DNA of 32,000 nt from contig CP091279.1 in NCBI GenBank assembly GCA_021650915.1, positions 390,001 through 422,000 on the forward strand. Reading direction: 5' to 3'. Below, in pieces: positions 7,745-19,976 of the stretch (position 1 is the first letter of the stretch; every line of letters begins with the position of its first letter). This DNA comes from Candidatus Brocadia sp. Lineage in GTDB: Bacteria; Planctomycetota; Brocadiia; Brocadiales; Brocadiaceae. Made by a program: the position numbers and the translations under genes. A model generated the notes under the pieces. The model ran no database searches and was not told the origin of the DNA. It saw only the letters and a program-made list of their open reading frames with translations.

Positions 7745-8206
7745 ATGTCGTTTTTTAGTGTTTATCGAAAAGGTGTAGGTTTATACAGTAGAATTACGGT
7801 CGGGATTGCCTTGGGTATCCTTGCGCTCTTTGCGTCGCTGTCGCTGTACAATGCGTTGGTAGATTTGCCAAATATTGCGGGGGCTGCTAAGGTTCCCTTG
7901 GTTGATATTGGTTTAACGTGGGGTTTGGTGTGTTCGATCGTTCTGTTTCTTTTTTTGGGTTTTTTTATCTGTATTTTTGTTGCTGGTCTTGAAACAAAGA
8001 TCAGGCCACTGGATAGTGGTGGTAAAAAAACTGTTGAGTTTTTAATTGAAACCCAGGGGGAGTTGCAAAAGGTCTCATGGCCGACAAAATATGAATTGGT
8101 TGGTTCCACGGCAGTTGTTCTTGTATCAGTGATTGTTATTGGGGTGTTTGTATTGGGTGTCGACTGGTTTGTATCAATAATAATGGAGTATATCGGCGTG
8201 CTCTAG
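7745..8206 (+). CDS. secE: Preprotein translocase subunit SecE (three-TM long form)
   Basis: The C-terminus ELQKVSWPTKYELVGSTAVVLVSVIVIGVFVLGVDWFV is the conserved SecE segment. The track ORF start (7700) lies inside tRNA-Trp, so the first ATG after the tRNA (7745, MSFFSVYRKG) is used. Confidence 0.85.
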   Translation: MSFFSVYRKGVGLYSRITVGIALGILALFASLSLYNALVDLPNIAGAAKVPLVDIGLTWGLVCSIVLFLFLGFFICIFVAGLETKIRPLDSGGKKTVEFLIETQGELQKVSWPTKYELVGSTAVVLVSVIVIGVFVLGVDWFVSIIMEYIGVL

Positions 8207-8332
8207 ATGTTGTAGCACAGCTAGCTGTAATGAAAAATTAAGTATAGTGCCCCTCATAGTGTTGTTATTGAATTAAAGAGATTCCTCATAACTATTCAAC
8301 TCTTTTAATTCCTTCCCGATGAGAAATAAGCT

Positions 8333-8360
8333 TGTGTAAGTTTTTTACAATAATAATATA
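8333..8360 (+). promoter_or_regulatory. Candidate internal promoter upstream of nusG
   Basis: TTGTGT (8333-8338), a 16-nt spacer, then TAATAT (8355-8360), in the 189-nt AT-rich secE-nusG spacer. Motif match only. Confidence 0.3.
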
Positions 8361-8395
8361 TGCTTTTTGCCGTGTTTTCTTCTATAGGTTCATAA

Positions 8396-8944
8396 ATGCC
8401 TAAGCAATGGTTTGTCTTGCGTGTTCAAAGTAATAAAGAGGATAAGGTTCGGGAGAGTTTGATTGAACTTATCAAGGCGCGTGGTTTAGAGGGAGTGGTT
8501 TCTACCGTTTTGGTGCCCAGTGAAAAAGTTTCAGAGATTAAAGGTGGGAAGAAAAAAATTACCGAAAGAAAAATTTATCCTGGGTATATCATGGCAGAGG
8601 TTGAGGTTGATGAGCAAGGGATGATACCGAAAGAGGTTTGGTTCCTGGTTCGTGAGACGCCTGGTGCCGGTGATTTTATAGGAGGGAAAAGCAGACCCGT
8701 GCCCATGGCGAGCTATGAAGTTGAAAAATTATTATCAGAGGTGGAGCATAAAGAGGAAAAACCCCGTGCAAAGGTTGAGTTCCGCGAGGGTGAAAAGGTG
8801 AGGGTGAAAGAGGGTCCGTTTGAGAATTACGACGGAATTATTGAGGAGGTGTTGCCGGCCAGCGGTCGGGTAAAGGTAATGCTTACAGTTTTTGGCAGGG
8901 CAACGCCCGTTGAGTTAGAGTATTGGCAGGTTGAGGCAATTTGA
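8396..8944 (+). CDS. nusG: Transcription termination/antitermination factor NusG
   Basis: 182 aa. It has the NGN-domain start KQWFVLRVQSNKEDKV and the C-terminal KOW motif GEKVRVKEGPFENYDGIIEEV. It sits in the conserved position after secE. Confidence 0.95.
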   Translation: MPKQWFVLRVQSNKEDKVRESLIELIKARGLEGVVSTVLVPSEKVSEIKGGKKKITERKIYPGYIMAEVEVDEQGMIPKEVWFLVRETPGAGDFIGGKSRPVPMASYEVEKLLSEVEHKEEKPRAKVEFREGEKVRVKEGPFENYDGIIEEVLPASGRVKVMLTVFGRATPVELEYWQVEAI

Positions 8945-8959
8945 TAGCAGGAGTAGAAC

Positions 8960-9385
8960 ATGGCGAAAGAGATTTTAACAAAAATTAAATTGCAGTGCCC
9001 TGGAGGGCAGGCAACGCCTGCACCGCCAGTGGGTCCTGCTTTAGGCCAGCATGGGGTTAACATAGGGCAGTTTGTTAAACAGTTTAATGATAAGACAAAG
9101 GATTTGCAGGGGATGGTGACCCCTGTTGAAATTACTGTTTTTAAAGATAAATCATTTACGTTTATTTTGAAGTCTCCACCTGCCTCTGTGCTTATAAAGC
9201 AATTGGCTGGTGTTGCTAAAGGTTCTGCCGAGCCAAACAAGCAAAAGGTTGGCCAGGTAACTAGGCAGCAATTGAAGGAAATTGCAAGCAGAAAACTTGC
9301 AGATTTAAATGCGGATGATTTGGAAGCCGCTGCAAAAGTGATAGAAGGAACTGCCCGTAACATGGGGGTCAGGGTTGTGGATTGA
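8960..9385 (+). CDS. rplK: 50S ribosomal protein L11
   Basis: 141 aa; [26 protein letters not shown] is the L11 signature. Confidence 0.97.
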   Translation: MAKEILTKIKLQCPGGQATPAPPVGPALGQHGVNIGQFVKQFNDKTKDLQGMVTPVEITVFKDKSFTFILKSPPASVLIKQLAGVAKGSAEPNKQKVGQVTRQQLKEIASRKLADLNADDLEAAAKVIEGTARNMGVRVVD

Positions 9386-9437
9386 CGCCTCTGGTTGTAA
9401 AAAAGGGCGACAGGTTGTCTGAAAGGAAATCACTCAG

Positions 9438-10118
9438 ATGTCAAAACGAAGTAAAAGATATGTAGAATCAAAAAAGATTGTTGACTCGGAAAAAAAATAC
9501 GAGTTAAAAGAAGCAATTAAGTTGCTTAAGTCTTTTAAACGAGCGAAATTTGATGAGAGCGTTGAAGTTGCAATGAAGTTAGGCATAGATCCAAAACAGT
9601 CTGACCAGCTTATCCGAGGCTCTGTTTCATTGCCCAAAGGCATAGGCAGAAGCCTTAAGGTGATTGTTTTTGCTGCCGGGGAGAAGGCAACAATAGCGAA
9701 AAAAGCAGGGGCTGATGAGGTTGGGGCGGAAGAGCTTGTGAAAAAAGTCGAAGGCGGATGGACTGATTTTGATGTGGCAATAGCAACTTCTGATATGATG
9801 CGGTTGGTCGGCAAGCTAGGAAGGGTTCTTGGTCCTCAGGGTAAAATGCCTTCTCCAAAATCTGGCACGGTTACTGATGATATTGAGACGGCGGTTAAAG
9901 AGTTTAAGGCGGGTAAAATAGAATACAGGACCGACGCTGGGGGGAACGTGCATACGATTGTAGGAAAAGTCTCTTTTTCAGACAAAGACCTGGAAGATAA
10001 TATAAATGCATTTGTGAAACAGATAGTTAACTCTCGTCCAGCCTCCGCTAAAGGGGTATTTATTGAAAAAGTATCCGTATCTTCCACGATGAACCCAGGG
10101 ATAATGTTAGAGGTTTAA
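9438..10118 (+). CDS. rplA: 50S ribosomal protein L1
   Basis: 226 aa; FDESVEVAMKLGIDPKQSDQLIRGSVSLPKG is typical of L1. Confidence 0.97.
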   Translation: MSKRSKRYVESKKIVDSEKKYELKEAIKLLKSFKRAKFDESVEVAMKLGIDPKQSDQLIRGSVSLPKGIGRSLKVIVFAAGEKATIAKKAGADEVGAEELVKKVEGGWTDFDVAIATSDMMRLVGKLGRVLGPQGKMPSPKSGTVTDDIETAVKEFKAGKIEYRTDAGGNVHTIVGKVSFSDKDLEDNINAFVKQIVNSRPASAKGVFIEKVSVSSTMNPGIMLEV

Positions 10119-10157
10119 GTCGGGAAACAAAATAGGTGAAGGGAATTAAATAAAGCA

Positions 10158-10685
10158 ATGGCAAATGAGATTAAAGAAGCTATCGTAAAAGAAATGGTTT
10201 CCAGCTATCGTGGCAAATCGAATTATCTGGTCGCTGGGTATCAGGGTATTACGGCATTGGAATTCGATCAACTGCGAAAAGACCTGCGGAAAAAGAAGAT
10301 CAGCTTGGGCATTGTTAAAAATTCGCTTGCAGGAATTGCATTTAAAGAAATTGGGGTTCACGGGATTGTCGATCTTTTAAAGGGCCCAACTGCCATTATC
10401 ACAGGGGATGATGATCCTGTTCTTATGGCAAAGGAAACCATTGGATGGGTAAAAAAAATACCACTTTTAAGCTTGCGAGGTGGATTGGTTGATGGTGCAA
10501 TGGTTTCTGTTCACGATATCAATGATTTGGCAAAGCTTCCGTCGATGCCGGTGCTTCGTACTCAAATAATTACGGGTATTCATGCGCCAATTGTGGGAGT
10601 TGCTGGTGCCTTTAATGCTGTCTTGCGGGGTCTGGTAACGGTATTCCAGGCCATGAAAGACAAAAAAGAAAAAGAGGGTGTATAG
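10158..10685 (+). CDS. rplJ: 50S ribosomal protein L10
   Basis: 175 aa. Called from its position between rplA and rplL and an L10-like sequence ([20 protein letters not shown]). Confidence 0.93.
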   Translation: MANEIKEAIVKEMVSSYRGKSNYLVAGYQGITALEFDQLRKDLRKKKISLGIVKNSLAGIAFKEIGVHGIVDLLKGPTAIITGDDDPVLMAKETIGWVKKIPLLSLRGGLVDGAMVSVHDINDLAKLPSMPVLRTQIITGIHAPIVGVAGAFNAVLRGLVTVFQAMKDKKEKEGV

Positions 10686-10722
10686 TTTTTTTGAGGAATT
10701 CGTATTAAGGTGGGAGGATAAA

Positions 10723-11142
10723 ATGACTCAGGTTAGCGAAGAAAAGGCAGTTGAGCCTTCAGGCAAAATTGCGCAGGTGTTGGATTTGGTTGCCGGCATG
10801 TCATTGCTGGAGGCATCTCAGCTGGTGAAGGCGTTTGAGCAGAAATTTGGTGTTTCAGCTGCTGCTGTCGCCGCGGTGCCAGCGGGCGCATCGGTTGCGG
10901 CGGAAGGTAAGGCAGCCGCTGCTGAAGAGAAAACGGCGTTTGATGTGATTTTAAAGGATGGTGGCGCAAATAAGATCCAGGTTATCAAGGCCGTTCGCGC
11001 TGAAACGAATCTGGGATTAAAAGAAGCGAAAGACCTAGTCGAAGGCGCTCCGAAAACGGTAAAGGAAGGGGTAACCAAGGAAGACGCAGAGAAGATCAAG
11101 AAATCGCTCGAGGCGGCTGGTGCCAAAGTGGAAATAAAATAA
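10723..11142 (+). CDS. rplL: 50S ribosomal protein L7/L12
   Basis: It has an Ala-rich hinge and the C-terminal domain [59 protein letters not shown] 10723 follows SD gggagga. The track start at 10678 overlaps the end of rplJ and is unlikely. Confidence 0.95.
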   Translation: MTQVSEEKAVEPSGKIAQVLDLVAGMSLLEASQLVKAFEQKFGVSAAAVAAVPAGASVAAEGKAAAAEEKTAFDVILKDGGANKIQVIKAVRAETNLGLKEAKDLVEGAPKTVKEGVTKEDAEKIKKSLEAAGAKVEIK

Positions 11143-11180
11143 TCGTTCTAGTATCTTGGGCTTGAAAATACAGGAATAAT

Positions 11181-14100
11181 ATGGAAATCCGAAATTATGG
11201 TAAGGTTGAAGATGTGGTGGAGATTCAGAATCTCATACAGATTCAAACGAGAGCTTACCGAAATTTTTTGCAAGCTGATGTTCCTGCTTCTAAAAGGAAA
11301 AATCAGGGAGTGGAAGCAATACTGCGTGAGATATTTCCCATCAGCAATTATGACGGGACTATGTCATTGGATTACATCAAGTATGAGCTTGGAAAGCCAA
11401 GATATACGCAAGATGAATGCAGGCAATTGCGCTTGACCTATGGGTGTCCTTTTCGGATTTGGCTGCGGTTGAATAAGGCAGAACCTATTGAGGAGGAGGT
11501 GTATGTAGGCGAAATTCCTGTGATGATTGGTGGTGGTGAGTTTATTATTAACGGTACTGAACGGGTAATAGTGACTCAGTTGCATCGTTCACCCGGGATT
11601 GATTTTATTGAAGAATTTCATGCCGAAAAAAGATTGCATTCCTGTAGAATCATTCCTGAAAGAGGAAGCTGGATTGAACTAGAGGTTGGCAAAAAAGATA
11701 TTTTAACGGTAAAAATCGATCAGAGTGGGAAATTGCCTGCCATGTGCTTTCTCAGGGCATTGTCGGAAAAATACACCAATGATGAGGACATCATCAGGCT
11801 TTTTTATGAAACGGAAACGGTAAAGATTCCTGACTTTGCCGCTGCCTCAAAGTTACGGGGCAGATATACCGTAGAAAAGATCGTTAATCCGCAAACAGGT
11901 GAAATCGTGCTTGAGGCGGGCAGGCAGATGTCTGATACCACAATCAAGGCGGTTGTCGATTTGGAAATTAAAAAGATAGAAGTAATAAAAAAGACGGATG
12001 ATTTGTTGATATTGAATTCTCTAGAGTCAGATTTTACAAAATCTCACGAGGACGCCCTGCTAAAAATTTATGCCCGCTTCCGTCCTGGTAATCCCCAACA
12101 GGTAGAAAAAGCACGCCAGTTGTTTTATGATAAGTTCTTTGATGTAAAACGGTACAGGTTGGGCGCTGTTGGAAGATTCAGATTAAATCGAAAAATGGGG
12201 CATAACATTAATGAAGTCGAGATGACCCTGCAAAAGGAAGATTATGTGGAGGCTATTCGGTACATCATGAAGTTGCGGAGAGGTGAGCCGAATGTATCGG
12301 TTGATGATATCGACAATTTAGGAAACAGGAGGTTGCGCACTATTGATGAGTTGGCAGGTGAGGAGTTGCGTAAGGGTTTTCTGAAATTGCGAAGAACGGT
12401 GCAGGAGAGATTGAGTGTAAAAGATTCTGAACAGTTGACACCGCGTTCGCTGGTAAATTCGAAAGCGATTTTTTCAGCGATTGACTATTTTTTCAGCAGA
12501 AGTGAGTTGTCCCAGGTACTCGATCAGACGAATCCATTAGCGCAGTTAACCCACGAAAGAAGGTTGAGCGCGTTAGGACCAGGTGGATTGAACAGAAAAA
12601 GGGCAGGGTTTGAAGTTAGAGACGTTCATGTGTCGCACTATGGCAGAGTTTGTCCTATAGAAACGCCTGAAGGCACAAATATTGGTTTAATCGCTTCTTT
12701 GAGCATATATGCGACGACTGATGAGTATGGGTTTTTGATTACTCCATATCGTATCATCGATAAAGGAAAAATTATTGAAAAAATCACGTATCTTCGCGCA
12801 GATGAAGAAGAAAATAGAATAATAGCGCCTGCGGATGTAATTATAAAAGGTAAAGAAAAGATGGAAAAAGAAGCGGTGCTTTGCCGGTATAATGGCGACT
12901 TCCACCAGGTGAATATCAAAGACATAAATTATATGGATGTTTCTCCTAAGCAGTTGGTAGGGGTATCAGCAAGCTTAATACCCTTTCTTGAACATAGTGA
13001 TGCAAATAGGGCGCTCATGGGATCGAATATGCAAAGGCAGGCAGTCCCTCTTGCGAGAACTGAACCGCCAATAATAGCAACGGGGATGGAACGGTTTGTC
13101 GCGCAAAATTCGAGTATGACTGTTCAGGCAATTAATGCGGGAGCGGTAACAAAAGTAACGGCTGATGAAATTATTATTGATGATCGAGATGCTTATAAAC
13201 TGAGAAAGTTTGTCGGTTTGAATGAAGGGACGTGTCTGAACCAAAAGCCGATTGTTGCTCATGGTCAGAAGGTAAAAAAAGGAGAGGTTATAGCAGACGG
13301 GGCCGCTACCTGCAACGGAGAGCTAAGTCTCGGGAAAAATGTATTGGTTGCATTTATGACCTGGGATGGATACAACTTTGAAGATGCTATTGTCATTAGT
13401 GAGGCCTTGCTGAAAGACGATCGTTTTACTTCCATACACAGGGATGAATTTGAGGTGGAAATCAGGGAAACCAAGCTTGGCAGGGAGGAGTTTACGCGTG
13501 ATATTCCTAACGTGTCAGAGAAGGCGTTAAGTAACCTTGATGAGAATGGGGTAATACGAATTGGAACAAAGGTAAAACCAGGGGATATCTTGGTTGGCAA
13601 AATTGCGCCAAAAAGCAGGAGTGAGTTGTCTCCGGAAGAGAAGTTGTTGCATGCTATTTTTGGGAGGGCTGGAGAGGATGTTAAGAACGAATCCTTAGAG
13701 GTTCCTTCTGGAATGGAAGGTATCGTGATAAATACCCAGGTGTTTTCAAGAAAGTCCTATCTCTCTGACGACAAGAGACAAAAAATTATACAAGACATAA
13801 GTGAAATAGAATTGAAATATGATGAAAATATCTCGAAAGAATTTGTCAAAATGTTAAAGGCTATCAATGAGGAGATTAAGGAGCCATTGGTAGATGTGCA
13901 GACGGGTCAGGTATATACAATTGAGCGTGGGATGCCGGTTAAATCAGTCCTGACTTTGGAAGAGCAATTCGATATTGAAAACATAGAGTTCAGCAATAAA
14001 AAGAAAAAGGAGAAGGCATCAGAAATTGGTAAAGAGTTTTGTGAAAAAATAGAATTCTTAAAAGATGAAAGAGATAGAAAGATTAACAATTTAAAGCGTG

Positions 14101-14876
14101 GTGACGAATTGCCTACCGGAGTATTAGAACTAGCAAAGATTTCGATAGCTACCAAAAGAAAGTTGTCGGTAGGTGATAAAATGGCAGGTCGGCACGGGAA
14201 TAAAGGGGTCATTTCAAAGATTCTTCCTGAAGAGGATATGCCATTTTTGGCAGACGGGACGCGGGTTGAAATGTTATTAAACCCGTTAGGTGTGCCATCC
14301 AGGATGAATGTTGGTCAAATACTGGAAACTCATTTGGGCTTAGCAGCAAAAAAGATGGGCTTTCGTGCAGTAACGCCAATATTTGATGGTGCGACTGAAG
14401 AAGAAATCCGGACTGCTTTAAAGGAGGCGGAATTACCGGAAGACGGCAAATCGGTCTTATACGATGGGCGTACTGGTGAGCAGCTTGAGCAAAAGGTTAC
14501 GGTGGGTTACATGTATATGCTGAAGCTCCATCATTTGGTGGATGAAAAGGTGCATGCACGGGCGACCGGGCCCTATTCGTTAATAACTCAACAACCCTTA
14601 GGCGGAAAGGCGCGATTTGGAGGCCAACGGTTTGGTGAAATGGAGGTGTGGGCGCTGGAGGCTTATGGGGCAGCTCATAATTTGCAGGAGTTGCTTACGG
14701 TAAAAAGTGATGACGTTGAGGGTAGGACAAAGATTTACGAATCGATGGTAAAGGGTGAAAATACTTTAGAAGCGGGAACCCCAGCATCATTTGAAGTACT
14801 GGCAAATGAAATCGCAGGGTTGGGATTGAGCTTAAAGCTGGAAAAGAAAAAGACAGAAGCCCTAAAGGTGTCGTAG
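11181..14876 (+). CDS. rpoB: DNA-directed RNA polymerase subunit beta
   Basis: 1231 aa with conserved beta motifs: [25 protein letters not shown] and [13 protein letters not shown]. Confidence 0.98.
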   Translation: MEIRNYGKVEDVVEIQNLIQIQTRAYRNFLQADVPASKRKNQGVEAILREIFPISNYDGTMSLDYIKYELGKPRYTQDECRQLRLTYGCPFRIWLRLNKAEPIEEEVYVGEIPVMIGGGEFIINGTERVIVTQLHRSPGIDFIEEFHAEKRLHSCRIIPERGSWIELEVGKKDILTVKIDQSGKLPAMCFLRALSEKYTNDEDIIRLFYETETVKIPDFAAASKLRGRYTVEKIVNPQTGEIVLEAGRQMSDTTIKAVVDLEIKKIEVIKKTDDLLILNSLESDFTKSHEDALLKIYARFRPGNPQQVEKARQLFYDKFFDVKRYRLGAVGRFRLNRKMGHNINEVEMTLQKEDYVEAIRYIMKLRRGEPNVSVDDIDNLGNRRLRTIDELAGEELRKGFLKLRRTVQERLSVKDSEQLTPRSLVNSKAIFSAIDYFFSRSELSQVLDQTNPLAQLTHERRLSALGPGGLNRKRAGFEVRDVHVSHYGRVCPIETPEGTNIGLIASLSIYATTDEYGFLITPYRIIDKGKIIEKITYLRADEEENRIIAPADVIIKGKEKMEKEAVLCRYNGDFHQVNIKDINYMDVSPKQLVGVSASLIPFLEHSDANRALMGSNMQRQAVPLARTEPPIIATGMERFVAQNSSMTVQAINAGAVTKVTADEIIIDDRDAYKLRKFVGLNEGTCLNQKPIVAHGQKVKKGEVIADGAATCNGELSLGKNVLVAFMTWDGYNFEDAIVISEALLKDDRFTSIHRDEFEVEIRETKLGREEFTRDIPNVSEKALSNLDENGVIRIGTKVKPGDILVGKIAPKSRSELSPEEKLLHAIFGRAGEDVKNESLEVPSGMEGIVINTQVFSRKSYLSDDKRQKIIQDISEIELKYDENISKEFVKMLKAINEEIKEPLVDVQTGQVYTIERGMPVKSVLTLEEQFDIENIEFSNKKKKEKASEIGKEFCEKIEFLKDERDRKINNLKRGDELPTGVLELAKISIATKRKLSVGDKMAGRHGNKGVISKILPEEDMPFLADGTRVEMLLNPLGVPSRMNVGQILETHLGLAAKKMGFRAVTPIFDGATEEEIRTALKEAELPEDGKSVLYDGRTGEQLEQKVTVGYMYMLKLHHLVDEKVHARATGPYSLITQQPLGGKARFGGQRFGEMEVWALEAYGAAHNLQELLTVKSDDVEGRTKIYESMVKGENTLEAGTPASFEVLANEIAGLGLSLKLEKKKTEALKVS

Positions 14877-14945
14877 TGGCCATTTTTCTTATGGCCGGGG
14901 AATGAGATAGGTATAAAAGAAGTCTTTTTTAAAAGGGTATTTACT

Positions 14946-17900
14946 ATGGCTGATATAATGTACGATAAGATAAATGAATATAGTTCGGTGAAGGTATCAC
15001 TTGCGTCCCCGGAGGACATCAGAAGCTGGTCCTACGGAGAGGTTAAAAAACCAGAAACGATTAATTATCGTACTTATCGGGCAGAGAAAGATGGACTTTT
15101 TTGCGAACGCATTTTCGGTCCAGAACGGAATTGGGAGTGTTTTTGTGGTAAATATAAAGGAATAAAACATAAGGGAATAATCTGCGATCGCTGCGGTGTT
15201 AAGATTACCCACTCCCGTGTGAGAAGAAAGCGCATGGGGCACATTAATTTGGCTGCACCGATTGTGCATATCTGGTTCTTTAAGGCAATGCCCTCCCGTT
15301 TAGGCACTCTCCTCGGAATGAAAACTACATCCCTGGAAAGAATTATCTATTTTCAGGACTATGTGGTAATCGATCAGGGAACTACACCATTGAGCGAATA
15401 CCAGATGTTGAGTGAGGAGGAATTCAAGGCAAACAAAGAGAAATATGGAGAGCAGTCATTTAAGGCAGGAATGGGTGCAGAAGCGATACGCACCTTATTG
15501 CAAAAGCTTGATCTGGTAGCGCTTTCAAAAGAACTGCGTGAAGAACTCAATCAAACTAAGTCAAAGCAGCGTGCGAAGGAAATAATTAAGAGATTGGAAA
15601 TTGTTGAAGCATTTCGAGATTCAGGAAACAAACCAGAATGGATGGTTCTGAGTGTTGTTCCGGTTATTCCTCCTGATCTTAGGCCACTGGTATTATTGGA
15701 AAGTGGGAATTTTGCCACGTCAGACTTAAACGATCTATACAGAAGGATTATTAATAGAAATAACCGTTTAAAGAAGTTGATTGACCTAAATGCCCCTGAA
15801 GTAATTATAAGAAACGAAAAGAGGATGTTGCAGCAGGCGGTGGATGCCCTCTTTGATAATACCAGAGGCAAACGTCCTGTCCTCGGGAGCAATAATAGAC
15901 CTTTAAAATCGTTAACCGACATGATAAAGGGAAAACAGGGCCGTTTTCGTGAAAACTTGCTTGGAAAAAGGGTTGATTACTCGGCGCGTTCGGTAATTGT
16001 TGTTGGCCCAGAGTTAAAGTTGCATCAATGCGGTTTACCAAAGAAAATAGCCTTGGAATTATTTCAACCATTCATCATACGGAGATTGAAAGAGTTGGGT
16101 CTGGCAGACACGATCAAAAGTGCAAAGAAGATGTTGGGCCGTAAAGATAACGAAGTATGGGATATCCTTGAAGAGGTAGTGAAGAGACATCCGGTATTGC
16201 TTAACCGGGCGCCAACGCTGCACAGGATGGGTATACAGGCTTTTGAACCAATCCTCGTAGAGGGCAATGCAATTAAGCTGCACCCGTTGGTATGCCGTGG
16301 TTTCAATGCGGATTTTGATGGTGATCAAATGGCCGTTCATTTACCACTTTCCATTGAAGCTCAGGTTGAAGCAGTTACTTTGATGTTATCGACCAACAAC
16401 ATCTTTTCCCCTGCTTCTGGCGAACCTATAATAACTCCGACGCAGGATATCGTCCTTGGCTGCTCTTATCTTACCACGATCTTGCAGGACGTTTCAGAAG
16501 AAAAGCCTAAAAGGTTCAGTGATGCAAATGAGGTTATCTATGCGTTAGCGTTGAAAAGGGTGCATTTGCATGCAAAGATTGAAGTAAGGATAAAACAGAC
16601 AAAAGTTATTAAAGATAAACTTGGAACTGAAGAACCGAAAAATGGTCTATGTAAAACAACGGCTGGGCGCGTGGTATTTAATAATATATTGCCTGACGGA
16701 ATGCCATTTTATAATTATACGCTCGATTTGAAAGGTATCAGCCGGATTATTCAGGATTGTTATAAATTACTAGGACGCGAAAAAACCATTGATTTGCTTG
16801 ATGACATTAAGGAAATCGGTTTTAAGGAGTGCACAAAAGCGGGTCTCTCATTTGCGGTAACCGATATAAAAATGCCAGCGAAGAAGCAGGAGATTATCGA
16901 TAAGACTCAGGAAGAAATTGAAAAAATACAGAAGTTGTACCGGAAGGGTATCATAACAGAAGGAGAGAGATATAATCAGATTATTGACACATGGACATAT
17001 GCTGGAGAAAGAGTTGCTGAAGAGATGCTTAATGAACTGAAAAACGATGTGAGGGGAGGGAAACCATATCTCAACCCGGTATTTCTTATGTCGTCTTCCG
17101 GTGCAAGAGGCAGTTCGCAGCAGTTACGGCAGTTAGCCGGAATGCGTGGACTGATGGCAAAACCTTCAGGCAAAATTATTGAAGCCCCTATAAAGGCTAA
17201 TTTCAGAGAAGGGCTAGGAGTGTTGGAATATTTTAGCTCAACTCATGGTGCAAGAAAGGGATTGGCAGATACAGCACTTAAGACCGCAGATTCTGGTTAC
17301 TTGACGAGAAAATTGGCGGATGTCGCTCAAAATGTTGTGATAACTGGTGATGATTGTGGCACTGCCAGCGGTGTTACGAAGAGTGTGGTTTACCGCGGAG
17401 AAAAGGTGGAGGTGCCGCTCAGTAAGCTGATAACGGGGCGTGTTGCAAGGAATAATATTGTAGACTTGGTAAAAGATGAAGTAATTGTGAGAGAAAATGA
17501 CTTAATTACCGACGAAAAGGCAAAGAAGATTGAAGCCTTGGGATATGAGAAGATTAAAGTTCGCTCTCCATTGACCTGTGAAATGCCCTTGGGCCTGTGC
17601 AAGAAATGTTATGGAATGGATTTGTCCAGGGGACAACAGGTGGAAGAAGGTATGGCAGTTGGGATTATTGCGGCGCAATCAATTGGAGAACCAGGTACAC
17701 AGCTAACGATGAAAACATTCCACATTGGTGGAACGGCAACACGTTCTGTGGAAGAATCTGAAATAAAGGCAAAACGTGGTGGAAGTGTAAAGTATAATAA
17801 TTTAAAGGTTGTGAAAAACCCACAAGGGAAAAATGTCGCTATTAATGCAAACGGAGAAATTTTACTCATTGATTCCAAGGGCAGACAAATTGATAAACAT

Positions 17901-19058
17901 ACCATAGTTCTTGGTGCGGAAGTATTGGTTCACGAAAATGACGCGGTAGTTGCTCATCAGGTGCTATCGAGGTGGGACCCTCATATGATTCCCATATTGA
18001 CCGAAATGTCCGGTAAGATTCGTTTTGAGGATATTGTAATTGGCAAGACGATGAGACAGGAAGCCGACATTTCTACCGGGGTGAAACGGAAAGTGATTAT
18101 GGAGCATAAAGGAGACTTGCACCCACAGATCATCATTGAAGACGAGACAGGAAAAATACTTGGTCTCTATCCAATTCCGGAAAAGGCGCATGTTGAGGTA
18201 GAAGAAGGGGACGTGGTGACTGCTGGTACCTTACTCGCCAAAACGCCAAGAGAAATTTCAAGAACTGAAGATATCACAGGCGGTTTGCCGAGAGTTGCTG
18301 AAATATTTGAGGCAAGAAAACCGAAGGATCCTGCAGTAATGAGCGAAATCGATGGTATGGTGGAAGTTGGCGAAAAGCGGAGAGGAAAGCGAACGATATT
18401 GGTTAAGAGTGAAACGGGGATGGAGATAGAACATCTTGTGCCAAGAGGAAAGCATTTGAAAATCCATCGAGGAGATCGCATTAAAGCCGGCAGTCCGCTG
18501 GTGGAAGGTCCGCTTATTTTGCAGGACATTTTACGAATAAGTGGTGAGGAAGAGTTACAAACCTACATGTTGAAAGAAGTTCAAAATGTCTATCGTTCAC
18601 AGAATGTACCCATAGATGACAAACATGTTGAGATTATTATTGCGCAAATGCTCAGGAAGGTAAAAGTGGATGATGTTGGCGATACAAGTTTTTTGCCAGG
18701 GCAAATTGTCGACAAATTCAGATTCAAATCTGAGAATAAAAAAATCATAGAGAAAGGCGGAAAACCAGCTACGGCAAAACCCTTATTAATGGGTATAACG
18801 AAGGCGTCATTACAATCTGACAGTTTTATATCGGCAGCTTCGTTTCAGGAAACAACAAAAGTTTTAACAAGGGCTGCGCTTGAAGGTAAGATTGACGGCT
18901 TGGTTGGGCTAAAAGAAAATGTGATCCTTGGGCATCTTGTGCCGGCAGGGACAGGTTATAAATCGTATTGCTCACTTTCTGCGATGCCGGTGGAGATGCC
19001 TGCTTCTGAAGGATTGGAAAGTGATAAAGATAACGAAGTTGTTATGTCAACTAAGTAG
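14946..19058 (+). CDS. rpoC: DNA-directed RNA polymerase subunit beta'
   Basis: 1370 aa with the Zn-binding CxCGKY...CxxCGV region, the catalytic [12 protein letters not shown] motif, and trigger-loop and bridge-helix regions. Confidence 0.98.
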   Translation: MADIMYDKINEYSSVKVSLASPEDIRSWSYGEVKKPETINYRTYRAEKDGLFCERIFGPERNWECFCGKYKGIKHKGIICDRCGVKITHSRVRRKRMGHINLAAPIVHIWFFKAMPSRLGTLLGMKTTSLERIIYFQDYVVIDQGTTPLSEYQMLSEEEFKANKEKYGEQSFKAGMGAEAIRTLLQKLDLVALSKELREELNQTKSKQRAKEIIKRLEIVEAFRDSGNKPEWMVLSVVPVIPPDLRPLVLLESGNFATSDLNDLYRRIINRNNRLKKLIDLNAPEVIIRNEKRMLQQAVDALFDNTRGKRPVLGSNNRPLKSLTDMIKGKQGRFRENLLGKRVDYSARSVIVVGPELKLHQCGLPKKIALELFQPFIIRRLKELGLADTIKSAKKMLGRKDNEVWDILEEVVKRHPVLLNRAPTLHRMGIQAFEPILVEGNAIKLHPLVCRGFNADFDGDQMAVHLPLSIEAQVEAVTLMLSTNNIFSPASGEPIITPTQDIVLGCSYLTTILQDVSEEKPKRFSDANEVIYALALKRVHLHAKIEVRIKQTKVIKDKLGTEEPKNGLCKTTAGRVVFNNILPDGMPFYNYTLDLKGISRIIQDCYKLLGREKTIDLLDDIKEIGFKECTKAGLSFAVTDIKMPAKKQEIIDKTQEEIEKIQKLYRKGIITEGERYNQIIDTWTYAGERVAEEMLNELKNDVRGGKPYLNPVFLMSSSGARGSSQQLRQLAGMRGLMAKPSGKIIEAPIKANFREGLGVLEYFSSTHGARKGLADTALKTADSGYLTRKLADVAQNVVITGDDCGTASGVTKSVVYRGEKVEVPLSKLITGRVARNNIVDLVKDEVIVRENDLITDEKAKKIEALGYEKIKVRSPLTCEMPLGLCKKCYGMDLSRGQQVEEGMAVGIIAAQSIGEPGTQLTMKTFHIGGTATRSVEESEIKAKRGGSVKYNNLKVVKNPQGKNVAINANGEILLIDSKGRQIDKHTIVLGAEVLVHENDAVVAHQVLSRWDPHMIPILTEMSGKIRFEDIVIGKTMRQEADISTGVKRKVIMEHKGDLHPQIIIEDETGKILGLYPIPEKAHVEVEEGDVVTAGTLLAKTPREISRTEDITGGLPRVAEIFEARKPKDPAVMSEIDGMVEVGEKRRGKRTILVKSETGMEIEHLVPRGKHLKIHRGDRIKAGSPLVEGPLILQDILRISGEEELQTYMLKEVQNVYRSQNVPIDDKHVEIIIAQMLRKVKVDDVGDTSFLPGQIVDKFRFKSENKKIIEKGGKPATAKPLLMGITKASLQSDSFISAASFQETTKVLTRAALEGKIDGLVGLKENVILGHLVPAGTGYKSYCSLSAMPVEMPASEGLESDKDNEVVMSTK

Positions 19059-19072
19059 TATGGGGGGGAGAA

Positions 19073-19444
19073 ATGCCAACAATTAATCAATTAATCAGAA
19101 AAGGTAGGAAGAAGACACAAAATAGAAGCAAGAGCCCTGACTTGCAGAAATGCTCTCATAAAAAGGGCGTCTGTCTTCAAGTGATGACGAGAACACCAAA
19201 AAAACCTAATTCTGCGTTACGAAAAGTAGCGAGGGTCAGACTGTCGAACGGAAGGGAAATAACCGCGTATATTCCTGGTGAGGGACATAATTTGCAGGAA
19301 CATTCTATTGTGCTGGTAAGGGGAGGACGAGTCCGCGATCTTCCCGGTGTTAAGTATCATATTATTCGTGGGACGTTAGATTGCGCCGGGGTTGATGGTA
19401 GAAGACGGTCTCGTTCAAAATATGGGACAAAGACCCCCAAATAA
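19073..19444 (+). CDS. rpsL: 30S ribosomal protein S12
   Basis: 123 aa; [12 protein letters not shown]... and [19 protein letters not shown] are S12 signatures. Confidence 0.97.
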   Translation: MPTINQLIRKGRKKTQNRSKSPDLQKCSHKKGVCLQVMTRTPKKPNSALRKVARVRLSNGREITAYIPGEGHNLQEHSIVLVRGGRVRDLPGVKYHIIRGTLDCAGVDGRRRSRSKYGTKTPK

Positions 19445-19469
19445 GTTTTAATCAAGGAGAGAGTAATAT

Positions 19470-19952
19470 ATGGCGCTTGCATATAGGAGCACTGAGATAT
19501 ATTTGCAACCAGATGTAAAATATAAGAGTAAAATGGTCTCAAAATTTGTTAATTCTCTGATGAGAAAAGGAAAAAAAAGTGTTGCTGAAAAGGTATTTTA
19601 TGACGCTATGGGAGTGATCGAAAAAAAGATTGCTGACGTTGAACCATTGGAAATATTTGAAACCGCCGTGAATAATGTAAAGCCTCTCGTGGAAGTTCGA
19701 TCAAAACGCGTAGGGGGAGCTACATATCAGGTGCCAGTAGAGGTGCCAAAGCAAAGACAACAATCGCTTGCACTCCGATGGATTATCGATGCCGCAAAAG
19801 GGAAAAAAGGGCGCCCGATGTTTCAACGATTAGCAGACGAATTGTTGGATGCATATAAGAAGCAGGGGGTGGCGATAACCCAGAGGGAAAATACGCATAA
19901 GATGGCCGAAGCCAATAAGGCTTTTGCACATTTTGCTTGGTCAAAATTTTAG
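19470..19952 (+). CDS. rpsG: 30S ribosomal protein S7
   Basis: 160 aa; KFVNSLMRKGKKSVAEKVFYDA and VRSKRVGGATYQVPVEV are S7 motifs. Confidence 0.96.
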   Translation: MALAYRSTEIYLQPDVKYKSKMVSKFVNSLMRKGKKSVAEKVFYDAMGVIEKKIADVEPLEIFETAVNNVKPLVEVRSKRVGGATYQVPVEVPKQRQQSLALRWIIDAAKGKKGRPMFQRLADELLDAYKKQGVAITQRENTHKMAEANKAFAHFAWSKF

Positions 19953-19976
19953 TATTTAGTACAGAAAGCTTGGTTT

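Noticed and set aside
8827-9363. 178-aa minus-strand ORF antisense to nusG and rplK. There are similar antisense ORFs within rplA, rplL, rpoB, rpoC, fusA and the S10/spc genes.
   Set aside because: They are shadow ORFs opposite strongly supported conserved genes, with low-complexity composition and no start context.
9386-10157. Looked for L1 and L10 autoregulatory leader structures upstream of rplA and rplJ, and for an rplL-rpoB attenuator (11143-11180)
   Set aside because: The gaps are only 52, 39 and 38 nt, and I could find no convincing stem-loops by eye. Nothing is supportable.
14878-14896. Perfect 6-bp hairpin GGCCAT-ttttctt-ATGGCC in the rpoB-rpoC spacer, considered as an attenuator or terminator
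   Set aside because: The stem is short and is followed by gggaatg rather than a U-tract. This is too weak to call a terminator. It may be a processing site, but sequence alone does not support that.
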